A DNA stretch of 10,316 nucleotides, from contig DYFC01000040.1 of assembly GCA_020725385.1 (NCBI GenBank), forward strand, positions 1 to 10,316. Reading direction: 5' to 3'. Below the pieces are notes generated by a model. The model saw nothing but the letters and a program-made list of their open reading frames with translations, made no database searches and was not told the origin of the DNA. The stretch comes from Nitrospira japonica (GTDB lineage Bacteria > Nitrospirota > Thermodesulfovibrionia > Thermodesulfovibrionales > SM23-35). Every line of letters begins with the position of its first letter. Within the stretch, counting starts at the first letter, position 1. This document shows positions 1 through 7,319 of the stretch, piece after piece. The position numbers and the translations under genes were made by a program.

Positions 1-42
1 GAAAAGTAAATCTCTAACAAATGGTGTTCTGGAAAGAGTCAT
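1..42 (-). CDS. Possible 5' end of the next gene downstream of comM, truncated by the window edge
   Basis: ATG at 42, 20 nt after the comM stop, open for 14 codons (MTLSRTPFVRDLLF) to the edge. It is too short to verify. Confidence 0.25.
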   Translation of the reverse strand, partial: MTLSRTPFVRDLLF

Positions 43-62
43 TGTTTACTGCATGCAAAACC

Positions 63-1595
63 TTAATACATCCCCCTATCTAATGTCCTATATTGTATTG
101 CCTCTGAGACGTGGTGGGATTGAATATCTTCCGATGCATCAAGGTCTGCAATTGTGCGGGATAATTTTAGTATTCTTGTATATGCCCTTGCAGAAAGACA
201 AAGCTTTTGCATTGCTGAATCAAGAATTACCTGTGCATCCGGATTTAGTTTGCAATATTTCTTTATATGCCTTGTCTTCATCTGTCCGTTTGAATAGACT
301 TTCCTGTCGTTTTTAAATCTTTCAAGCTGAATATTTCTTGCAGCAATAACACGCTTTCTTATGTCTTCGGACCTTTCTCCTGAATGTTCATTCGATAGGT
401 CTTTATATGGAACCGCAGGGACTTCAATATGAATGTCTATTCTATCAAGCAAAGGACCCGATACCCTGTGTCTGTAACGATGTATCTGTCCAGGCGTACA
501 TGTACATTGATGTTTAGGATCCCCCCAGAATCCACATGGACAGGGGTTCATTGCAGCAATAAGCATAAAAGAAGCTGGATAGGTAATTGAGGCAACTGCT
601 CTTGAAACTGTTACTTCACCATTTTCAAGAGGTTGCCTTAATACTTCAAGAACATTTCTTTTAAATTCTGGAAGTTCATCAAGGAAAAGGACTCCATTAT
701 GTGCAAGGCTTACTTCTCCCGGTTTTGGTGTCTGGCCTCCTCCAATTAAAGCAACATCAGAAATAGTATGGTGCGGAGATCTGAATGGTCTCACTGCCAA
801 TAAAGACTGGCTGTTTTTAAGCATGCCTGCAACACTATGGATTTTTGTTGTCTCCAGAGCTTCATCAAATGTCATGCCAGGAAGAATTGTTGCAAGACGT
901 CTTGCAAGCATGGTTTTTCCAGAACCCGGAGGCCCGATCATAAGGACATTGTGTCCTCCGGCAGCAGATACTTCAAATGCTCTCTTTGCAAGTTCCTGGC
1001 CTTTTACTTCAATAAAATCTTCTTCATATATTGAATTCTCTTCCATTGCTTTTTGAATATCTATCTGATAAGGTGTTTTTGAATTATTCATTAATGAATC
1101 TATTACTTCAGGAAGGCTTGAAAATCCGTATACTTTTACTCCATTAACTACTGCAGCTTCCGGAGCATTACTTTCGGGAAGGATTATTCCTTTTAAACCA
1201 TATTGCCTTGTCATGATAGCCATTGATAAAGCCCCTCTGATAGGATTTAATCTTCCATCAAGAGAAAGTTCACCTGCAAAAACAAAACCTTCAATTTTTT
1301 CATGAGGAAGTATCTCTTCAGCGGCTATTATTCCGATTGCAATTGGAAGATCAAAACATGAGCCTTCTTTTTTAAGGTCAGCAGGCGCAAGATTGACAGT
1401 AACCTGCTTAAGTGGAAATTGAAATCCGATATTTTTTAGGGCTGCTCTTACTCTGTCTCTTGATTCTTTTACCGCTGTATCTGGCAATCCAACCATTGAA
1501 AAATGAGGTAGACCCCTGGCAGTTATATCAACTTCCACTTCAACAGGATTGGCATCAATTCCTATAAGACTCGCGCTTAAAACTCTTGCAAGCAT
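63..1595 (-). CDS. comM: ComM/YifB family Mg-chelatase-like AAA+ ATPase (hexameric branch-migration helicase family)
   Basis: 510-aa ORF with the family's N-terminal motifs VGLPDTAVKESRDRVRAAL and VNLAPADLKKEGSCFDLPIA. It also has Walker A GPPGSGKT, RPFRSPHH, GEVSLAHNGVLFLDELPEF (Walker B), the Zn motif NPCPCG...CTC, SGPLLDRID and a C-terminal LSARAYTRILKLSRTIADL. Confidence 0.95.
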   Translation of the reverse strand: MLARVLSASLIGIDANPVEVEVDITARGLPHFSMVGLPDTAVKESRDRVRAALKNIGFQFPLKQVTVNLAPADLKKEGSCFDLPIAIGIIAAEEILPHEKIEGFVFAGELSLDGRLNPIRGALSMAIMTRQYGLKGIILPESNAPEAAVVNGVKVYGFSSLPEVIDSLMNNSKTPYQIDIQKAMEENSIYEEDFIEVKGQELAKRAFEVSAAGGHNVLMIGPPGSGKTMLARRLATILPGMTFDEALETTKIHSVAGMLKNSQSLLAVRPFRSPHHTISDVALIGGGQTPKPGEVSLAHNGVLFLDELPEFKRNVLEVLRQPLENGEVTVSRAVASITYPASFMLIAAMNPCPCGFWGDPKHQCTCTPGQIHRYRHRVSGPLLDRIDIHIEVPAVPYKDLSNEHSGERSEDIRKRVIAARNIQLERFKNDRKVYSNGQMKTRHIKKYCKLNPDAQVILDSAMQKLCLSARAYTRILKLSRTIADLDASEDIQSHHVSEAIQYRTLDRGMY

Positions 1596-1602
1596 TTGCT
1601 TA

Positions 1603-1632
1603 ATTATATTTTTAAACCGTTAAGAAAAGCAA
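1603..1632 (-). promoter_or_regulatory. Putative sigma70 promoter of comM (leaderless type)
   Basis: Minus strand reads TTGCTT (1632-1627), 18 nt, TATAAT (1608-1603), 7 nt, ATG (1595). No Shine-Dalgarno sequence is present. Confidence 0.6.
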
Positions 1633-1634
1633 TA

Positions 1635-1643
1635 TGTTAAAAT
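1635..1643 (+). promoter_or_regulatory. Putative extended -10 promoter element for gyrA
   Basis: TG-t-TAAAAT about 100 nt upstream of the gyrA ATG. The AT-rich context lowers specificity. Confidence 0.4.
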
Positions 1644-1654
1644 ATTAGCCATAC

Positions 1655-1671
1655 TTTAAATCTGATTTAAA
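1655..1671. promoter_or_regulatory. Perfect inverted repeat, possible operator, in the comM/gyrA divergent region
   Basis: TTTAAATC-T-GATTTAAA: 8-bp arms with a 1-nt spacer. Confidence 0.35.
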
Positions 1672-1730
1672 TAATTAGTCAAAAATGAAAGATTATCCTT
1701 TGAATTATTCAGACATTCAAGATTTGTTTT

Positions 1731-1736
1731 AAGGAG
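1731..1736 (+). promoter_or_regulatory. Shine-Dalgarno site of gyrA
   Basis: AAGGAG 5 nt upstream of the ATG at 1742. Confidence 0.8.
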
Positions 1737-1741
1737 ATTAA

Positions 1742-4150
1742 ATGGCAAAGGTACCTATTAGTATTGAAGAAGAAATGAAAGGCTCTTATCTTGATTATGC
1801 AATGAGTGTAATCATTGGTAGAGCATTGCCCGAAGTTAGAGATGGTTTAAAACCTGTGCAAAGAAGAATCCTATATGCAATGTTCAGGGAAGGACTTCTT
1901 GCAGGGAGAAAATATTCAAAATCAGCCGGTGTTGTAGGCGAAGTTCTAAAGAAATATCATCCTCATGGCGACAGCGCTGTTTATGATGCTCTGGTGAGGC
2001 TTGCTCAAGATTTTAATATGAGGTATCCCCTGATTGATGGTCAGGGCAACTTTGGGTCAATTGACGGAGATCCTGCTGCTGCCTATCGTTATACCGAAGC
2101 CCGGCTTTCTGCTTTAGCAGAAGAACTTCTTGCAGATATAGATAAAAATACAGTTGATTTTGTACCGAACTTCGATGAGACTACAGAGGAGCCTGTTGTT
2201 TTACCATCAAGAATACCGAATCTTATTATTAATGGTTCATCAGGAATAGCGGTTGGTATGGCGACTAATATTCCGCCTCATAATCTTGGAGAAGTTATTG
2301 ATGGATTAATTGCAATGCTTGACAATCCTGATGCAGGGTTAAAAGAACTTATGATGCATATCAAAGGTCCTGATTTCCCCACAGGCGGCATTATTCATGG
2401 AACAGAAGGAATTATGCAAGCATATAATGAAGGCAAAGGACTCGTAAAAATCAGAGCTAAAGCCCGTGTGGAACGTGAATACAGGGGCGGTGAGAACATA
2501 ATCATTAACGAATTACCTTACCAGGTCAATAAAGCAAAATTAATCGAAAAAATTGCTGAACTCGTGAGAGAAAAAACTATAGAAGGCATATCAGAAATCA
2601 GGGATGAATCTGATAGAGACGGAATCAGAATTGTTATTGAATTAAAAAGAGGAGAGATCGCTCAGGTTATTCTTAATAATCTTTATAAACATACTCAAAT
2701 GGAAACAACTTTCGGAATTATTCTTCTTGCTCTTGTAAATGGACAGCCAAAAATTCTTACCCTCAAAAAAGTACTCGGCCATTTCCTGCAGCATAGACGT
2801 GATATTGTTCTTAGAAGAACACGTTTTGAACTCAAAAAAGCTGAAGAAAGAGCCCATATATTAGAAGGATTAAAAATTGCTCTTGATCATCTTGATGAAA
2901 TAATAGCTTTAATCAGAAGTTCAAAGAACCCTGAAGAAGCAAGAATCGGTTTGATGACAAATTTCCCTTTAACAGAAATTCAGGCACAGGCAATTCTGGA
3001 TATGAAATTGCAGAGGTTAACAGGACTCGAGCGGGAGAAAATAGTAAGAGAATATCAGGAGACCTTAAAGGAGATAGCACGTCTTAAATCAATTCTTGAG
3101 AACGATGCGCTTGTTGTCCAGATAATTAAAGAAGAATTGCTTGAAATTAAGAATAAATACGCTGATGAAAGAAGAACAGAAATTTCCCTTGAGACAAAAG
3201 AAATAACTCTGGAAGATCTTATTACAGATGAAGAAATGGTTATCACTCTTTCCCACCAAGGCTATATCAAAAGGAATCCTTTGAGCGCTTATAGGAGTCA
3301 GAGACGCGGTGGCAAGGGCTTGATAGGCATGGAGACTAAAGAAGAAGATTTTGTCCGGGAATTATTTATCGGTGCAACCCATGATTATATGCTTTTCTTC
3401 TCAAATTTCGGCAGATTATACTGGCTTAAGATATATCAACTTCCTGAGGCAGGCCGGGCTGCGAAAGGCAAAGCACTTGTGAATCTTCTTGCTCTTTCAG
3501 AAGGAGAGAGGATAACAACTGCTCTTCCTGTCAGGGACTTCAGTCAGGGTTTTCTTGTTATGTTTACAAAAAACGGTATTGTCAAGAAGACAGCTTTGAG
3601 TGAATATAGCAATCCGCGCGGTAAAGGTATAATTGCGATAACACTCGAAGAAGGCGATGAGTTGATTTCAGTTAAGAAAACTGATGGACACAGTGATTTA
3701 ATTATCGGCACACATAACGGCTTGGCTATAAGGTTCAATGAAGAAGATGTTCGGGATACTGGCCGCACTTCTAAAGGTGTAATAGGTATTAGATTGACCG
3801 AAGGAGATGAAGTTGTTTCAGCAGAGGTAGCTTCAGACAAGACTGCCATACTTACTGTAACTGAAAAAGGTTTTGGCAAAAGAACAATGGTTGAAGAATA
3901 TCCACTTCAGGGACGGGGAGGCAAAGGAGTAATTTCAATCAAGTTAACTGAAAAGGGTGGCAAAGCAGTCGGTCTAATGAATGTAAGAGATGAAGATGAG
4001 CTTGTTATGATAACAAGTTCAGGAAAACTCATACGTACAGTTGCAGGAAGCATTTCTTTATTGGGCAGGAATACCCAGGGTGTAAAACTAATGGATGTTG
4101 ACGTTGATGATAAAATTGTCAGCATCGGCAGAGTGGCCGAGAAAGATTAA
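1742..4150 (+). CDS. gyrA: DNA gyrase subunit A
   Basis: 802 aa with [44 protein letters not shown], the catalytic Tyr in AAYRYTEAR (Y117) and [15 protein letters not shown]. The C-terminal beta-pinwheel has an intact GyrA-box QRRGGKG (3299-3319), which identifies it as gyrase rather than ParC. Confidence 0.97.
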   Translation: MAKVPISIEEEMKGSYLDYAMSVIIGRALPEVRDGLKPVQRRILYAMFREGLLAGRKYSKSAGVVGEVLKKYHPHGDSAVYDALVRLAQDFNMRYPLIDGQGNFGSIDGDPAAAYRYTEARLSALAEELLADIDKNTVDFVPNFDETTEEPVVLPSRIPNLIINGSSGIAVGMATNIPPHNLGEVIDGLIAMLDNPDAGLKELMMHIKGPDFPTGGIIHGTEGIMQAYNEGKGLVKIRAKARVEREYRGGENIIINELPYQVNKAKLIEKIAELVREKTIEGISEIRDESDRDGIRIVIELKRGEIAQVILNNLYKHTQMETTFGIILLALVNGQPKILTLKKVLGHFLQHRRDIVLRRTRFELKKAEERAHILEGLKIALDHLDEIIALIRSSKNPEEARIGLMTNFPLTEIQAQAILDMKLQRLTGLEREKIVREYQETLKEIARLKSILENDALVVQIIKEELLEIKNKYADERRTEISLETKEITLEDLITDEEMVITLSHQGYIKRNPLSAYRSQRRGGKGLIGMETKEEDFVRELFIGATHDYMLFFSNFGRLYWLKIYQLPEAGRAAKGKALVNLLALSEGERITTALPVRDFSQGFLVMFTKNGIVKKTALSEYSNPRGKGIIAITLEEGDELISVKKTDGHSDLIIGTHNGLAIRFNEEDVRDTGRTSKGVIGIRLTEGDEVVSAEVASDKTAILTVTEKGFGKRTMVEEYPLQGRGGKGVISIKLTEKGGKAVGLMNVRDEDELVMITSSGKLIRTVAGSISLLGRNTQGVKLMDVDVDDKIVSIGRVAEKD

Positions 4151-4159
4151 GAGGTTTCG

Positions 4160-5197
4160 ATGAGCGAAACACAGGCAACATTAAAAGAATGGCAGAAACT
4201 TTATGAAGCAGCGATTGAATTCCGAAAACTTGAGCCATGGAAATGGGTGCATGAAACCGATATATTCGGTGTTCAGAATCCTGAAACCGGAGAAATAGGA
4301 TACTGCTGTATTATGGGTGAACTCGGAGAAATGCTCGCAATGGCAGTTTATAGGGGAACAGAAGGATTACAGGGATATAGAAAAATACAAAAAGGACATA
4401 TTGATACCGAAGATCCTGATTCACTTTTTGTCCAGGATTGTCTAATGCTTTCTTTTGAAAATAAAAAATTTGTACATGAAGATGACAGAGAAATTATCAA
4501 TGAATTAGGTTTTAGATTCAGGGGTAAAAACGCATGGCCTGTTTTCAGAAGTTACAGGCCTGGATATTTCCCCTGGTTCCTTAATAGAGATGAAATTATT
4601 TATATGACCTTCGTTATAAATCAGGCAATAAATATTTGCCTCAGAATGAAAGATAACTGGAGAATATTACTTGCACCAAGAAAGGGGTTATATTTAGTAA
4701 GAACTCCTGAAATGAGAAACGGCCAGTTAATATGGAAAGATAGCTGGATGCTTCCTAACCCAATCGAAGTAAGAAAAGAAAAACCCGGATTTAATATAGA
4801 TGAAAGCAAAATAAAAGAAATAAAAAATAAACTTTCATTTTCAACTGCTATATGGGAAATAGACTTCTTTTATTCTCCTGTCCCTATAAATCAGGGTGAA
4901 CAACCTTTTTTCCCTTATTCATTAATGGTTATTGACCATGATTCGGGACTTATAAATTTTATGCACATTGCCGAACCATTTAAATATCAAAAGGAGTTCG
5001 TTGATAAATTTATTGAATTTTTTGCAACAAATGGCATTATACCTCTTGAAATTCTTGTACGGAAAGAAGAAGTAAAAAAATTCCTGGAGCCTTTTGCTTC
5101 AATCCTCAATATAAAATTAACTTTAAAGAAAAAATTATATAATGTTGAACATGCCCGCAAAGAATTATTTAAATTCCTTAAAAGAAAATCTGTATAG
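4160..5197 (+). CDS. Conserved hypothetical protein, two domains; the C-terminal domain resembles a Tab2-like/RNase H-like fold
   Basis: 345-aa ORF starting 9 nt after the gyrA stop, with GAGG at 4151-4154. It has natural-looking motifs (LEPWKWV, GYCCIMG, WPVFRSYRPGYFPW, WEIDFFYSP). I cannot assign a function. Confidence 0.85.
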   Translation: MSETQATLKEWQKLYEAAIEFRKLEPWKWVHETDIFGVQNPETGEIGYCCIMGELGEMLAMAVYRGTEGLQGYRKIQKGHIDTEDPDSLFVQDCLMLSFENKKFVHEDDREIINELGFRFRGKNAWPVFRSYRPGYFPWFLNRDEIIYMTFVINQAINICLRMKDNWRILLAPRKGLYLVRTPEMRNGQLIWKDSWMLPNPIEVRKEKPGFNIDESKIKEIKNKLSFSTAIWEIDFFYSPVPINQGEQPFFPYSLMVIDHDSGLINFMHIAEPFKYQKEFVDKFIEFFATNGIIPLEILVRKEEVKKFLEPFASILNIKLTLKKKLYNVEHARKELFKFLKRKSV

Positions 5198-5226
5198 TTT
5201 TAACCAGAAATTTTTTAAGTATTAGG

Positions 5227-5261
5227 AAAAAAAGGTGGCAGAAGGGGGAAACTTCTGCCAC
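5227..5261 (-). terminator. Rho-independent terminator, minus strand
   Basis: Perfect 10-bp stem GTGGCAGAAG (5235-5244) / CTTCTGCCAC (5252-5261) with a 7-nt loop. On the minus strand it is followed by C and U7 (plus-strand A7 at 5227-5233). There is no U-tract on the plus side. Confidence 0.85.
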
Positions 5262-5298
5262 TAAAGGGGGGAGTTTAGAGGTTTGCGCCTCAAAATCT
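5227..5298 (-). ncRNA. Candidate small regulatory RNA (~70 nt) with three hairpins and two C-rich loops
   Basis: Minus-strand sequence AGAUUUUGAGGCGCAAACCUCUAAACUCCCCCCUUUAGUGGCAGAAGUUUCCCCCUUCUGCCACCUUUUUUU. It is a GC-rich island in an AT-rich gap, flanked by a promoter-like sequence and a terminator, and has no AUG. Confidence 0.6.
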
Positions 5299-5303
5299 AC
5301 CAA

Positions 5304-5331
5304 ATATTAGCAGATGCTAAAAAAGATACAA
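5304..5331 (-). promoter_or_regulatory. Putative sigma70 promoter for the candidate sRNA
   Basis: Minus strand reads TTGTAT (5331-5326), 16 nt, TAATAT (5309-5304), with an extended -10 TG at 5312-5311. The predicted start is about 5297-5298. Confidence 0.55.
5307..5320. promoter_or_regulatory. Palindromic operator candidate TTAGCA-N2-TGCTAA
   Basis: Perfect 6-bp arms with a 2-nt spacer, overlapping the spacer and -10 element of the predicted sRNA promoter. Confidence 0.55.
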
Positions 5332-5409
5332 CAAAAAGCAGAATAGTATCTAATTTTTTTTTAAAATATGATTATAAGAAAAGTATATAGGTATGTTTCT
5401 AAGTATTTC

Positions 5410-6024
5410 TTAGAGTTTTTTCAGACAGAGACTTACTCTGTAATATCTCAAGTCCTGTTTTTGATTATCGGGAGTAAAAACAATAGGTTCCTGTTTTTCG
5501 TCCATGAGTATAATTATGTTTTCTTTTATAATCATTTTTCTTATAGAGAGTGTTTTAGATGACCATACAAAAACAGTATCGCCACTATTTACAGGTTTAT
5601 TGGGTTCAACAAGAAGCAAATCACAATTTTCAAGTCCTCCGCATGAATTTATTCCTTTTGTAGTTATATAAAAAGCTCCGGGGTCATCTGTTGTTGCATA
5701 TTCAAAGCTTTTTGCTACCAAAGAAGGATAATCAAGGTCAATGCAATCACCCCATGCTTCAATCTGTGCTTCGTCAAGAACAGGGACTTTGCGTGATATA
5801 AACATTTTTTCGGATGCATCTGATTCAAGAGTTAACAATGTATCAAGAGGGACTTCAAGAGATTTTGAAAGTTTAAGCAATGTTTCCCTGCCCGGTTTTC
5901 TGATGCCTGTTATAAGCTGACTAACATAAGCACAACTGACACCCATTCTTTGAGCAAGTGTAATTGCTTTAATTCCCCTTGACTTCATTAATTTCCTGAG
6001 TTTATCACCAAATGTCATTTGCAT
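5410..6024 (-). CDS. XRE/Cro-CI family HTH transcriptional regulator with a degenerate S24 (LexA/CI-like) C-terminal domain
   Basis: N-terminal HTH_3-type domain FGDKLRKLMKSRGIKAITLAQRMGVSCAYVSQLITGIRKPGRETLLKLSKSLEVPLDTLL. The C-terminus follows the S24 pattern (KVPVL...AFYITTKG..DLLLVEP...SGDTVFV...SIRK). An alternative start exists at 6018. Confidence 0.88.
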   Translation of the reverse strand: MQMTFGDKLRKLMKSRGIKAITLAQRMGVSCAYVSQLITGIRKPGRETLLKLSKSLEVPLDTLLTLESDASEKMFISRKVPVLDEAQIEAWGDCIDLDYPSLVAKSFEYATTDDPGAFYITTKGINSCGGLENCDLLLVEPNKPVNSGDTVFVWSSKTLSIRKMIIKENIIILMDEKQEPIVFTPDNQKQDLRYYRVSLCLKKL

Positions 6025-6030
6025 TTAGTA

Positions 6031-6073
6031 ATTATAATATATTTACTATAGAATTTTAAATAACTTTTGCTAA
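6031..6073 (-). promoter_or_regulatory. Putative leaderless promoter of the regulator plus a partial operator copy
   Basis: Minus-strand TATAAT (6036-6031) lies 6 nt before the ATG at 6024, with a weak -35 TTAAAA (6059-6054). Positions 6060-6073 (ATAACT-TT-TGCTAA) match 9 of 12 arm positions of the 5307-5320 palindrome. Confidence 0.45.
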
Positions 6074-6139
6074 TCAGGTTAAATTTTTTATTTAAGCAAT
6101 TGAATTAATTTTAGATGTCTTTAACCCGAAAAACGTGTT

Positions 6140-7204
6140 TTATATTACTGTCCATTGTTGTGGTAAGAATAGTTTTTCGTATGTCATTAGAGCAAATCTA
6201 TCTGTCATTCCTGCAATAAAATCACATACAAAGCGGTGCTTTCTTTTTTCATCAGAAGATTCTTTGATATTTTCTTTTCCGGGCAAATCAATCAGTTCAA
6301 TATTATCGAGATAATACTCATATAAATCATTTAGAATTCTTTTTGCTTTCCTGAATTCTTTTCTTATTTTTTCGCTTTCATAAACCCTTTCATAAAGGAA
6401 ATCTCTTAACATGTAGATTGAAGAGGAAACCTCGTCACTAATGCATAAATACTCAATATCATTCTTTAACGTATTATGAATTGTATCTCTTACCATGGTA
6501 TCTATTCTTTTTGCATGGGTATCACCGAGAATTTTGATTATCTCAGAAGGAATGTCAGATTTTTTTATTACACCTGCTCTCATTGCATCATCAAGGTCGT
6601 GATTGACATATGCAATTATATCTGAAATCCTCACAACCTGGCCTTCAATTGTAACGGCTCGTTCATCTTCAGATTTAGGAATTATCTGCCCCTTTCCTTT
6701 TGAGTGTTTTACAATTCCATTCCTAACCTCGTATGTTAAATTTAATCCTTTTCCATTCTTTTCAAGATAATCAACGACCCTAAGGCTTTGTATAAAGTGT
6801 TCAAATCCTCCCGGATGAATTTCTCTTAGAATCTCTTCACCTGCGTGTCCGAATGGAGTATGTCCTAAGTCATGACCAAGAGCTATAGCTTCTGTAAGGT
6901 CTTCATTTAAACGTAATGCTCTTGAGATTGTTCTTGCAATCTGTGAAACCTCAAGCACATGGGTAAGCCTTGTTCGGTAATGATCTCCTTTTGGTGCAAG
7001 AAAGACCTGTGTTTTATGTTTTAATCTACGAAATGATTTGGAATGTATAATTCTATCTCTGTCTCTCTGAAAGCATGTGCGTATCTCACCTTCTTTTTCA
7101 GGTTTTAATCTTCCCCGTGTATTACAACTAAGACAGGCGCGATGATGAAGAATCTTACGCTCTATTTCTTCAGTCTGTTCACGTATTGTCAAATTTTCCT
7201 CCAT
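6140..7204 (-). CDS. dgt: Deoxyguanosinetriphosphate triphosphohydrolase-like protein (HD-domain dNTPase, short form)
   Basis: 354 aa with [77 protein letters not shown] and [10 protein letters not shown]. Confidence 0.93.
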   Translation of the reverse strand: MEENLTIREQTEEIERKILHHRACLSCNTRGRLKPEKEGEIRTCFQRDRDRIIHSKSFRRLKHKTQVFLAPKGDHYRTRLTHVLEVSQIARTISRALRLNEDLTEAIALGHDLGHTPFGHAGEEILREIHPGGFEHFIQSLRVVDYLEKNGKGLNLTYEVRNGIVKHSKGKGQIIPKSEDERAVTIEGQVVRISDIIAYVNHDLDDAMRAGVIKKSDIPSEIIKILGDTHAKRIDTMVRDTIHNTLKNDIEYLCISDEVSSSIYMLRDFLYERVYESEKIRKEFRKAKRILNDLYEYYLDNIELIDLPGKENIKESSDEKRKHRFVCDFIAGMTDRFALMTYEKLFLPQQWTVI

Positions 7205-7265
7205 TTATTATTGTACTTCTTTAGTATTATATTTATTTAAAAAAGTAAAAACAAATGTCAAAAGG

Positions 7266-7319
7266 TTGATAAATAACATTCAAAGAAGGTATATTATCAT
7301 TTAAACTTTTCAGGAGGTG
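7266..7319 (+). promoter_or_regulatory. Putative promoter and ribosome-binding site of yajC-secDF
   Basis: TTGATA (7266-7271), 18 nt, TATATT (7290-7295), then a strong SD AGGAGGTG (7312-7319) before the ATG at 7324. Confidence 0.55.

Noticed and set aside
1640-1658. Third copy of the TTAGCA operator near the gyrA promoter (AAATATTAGC shared with 5302-5311)
   Set aside because: Only one imperfect half-site is present. The second arm (ACTTTA) does not match TGCTAA, and a 10-mer match is plausible by chance in AT-rich DNA.
3240-4140. Repeated G-x-x-G-V/I motifs in gyrA as a repeat element
   Set aside because: These are the normal beta-pinwheel blades of the GyrA C-terminal domain.
5278-5291. 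c-di-GMP-I riboswitch, suggested by GCGCAAACC on the minus strand
   Set aside because: It lacks the two-stem GGCAAACC...GAAA...GACGCAAAGC architecture and has no downstream gene on that strand.
5307-5320. CIRCE (HrcA operator), because of the TTAGCA...TGCTAA ends
   Set aside because: CIRCE is TTAGCACTC-N9-GAGTGCTAA. Here the arms are only 6 bp with a 2-nt spacer, and there are no chaperone genes nearby.
5324-5351. Inverted repeat AGATAC-N16-GTATCT
   Set aside because: Short arms with a long spacer and no independent support.
5410-6024. True LexA or prophage repressor
   Set aside because: The N-terminus is an XRE HTH rather than the LexA winged helix, the catalytic motifs are degenerate, and there is no integrase, cro or other phage gene in the window.
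6079-6095. Inverted repeat TTAAAT-N5-ATTTAA as a dgt terminator or operator
   Set aside because: It is purely A/T, too weak for a terminator and expected by chance.
6140-7204. Anti-phage defence dGTPase
   Set aside because: It has the short, highly canonical housekeeping-type sequence and sits in a core-gene context beside secDF, with no defence-island neighbours.
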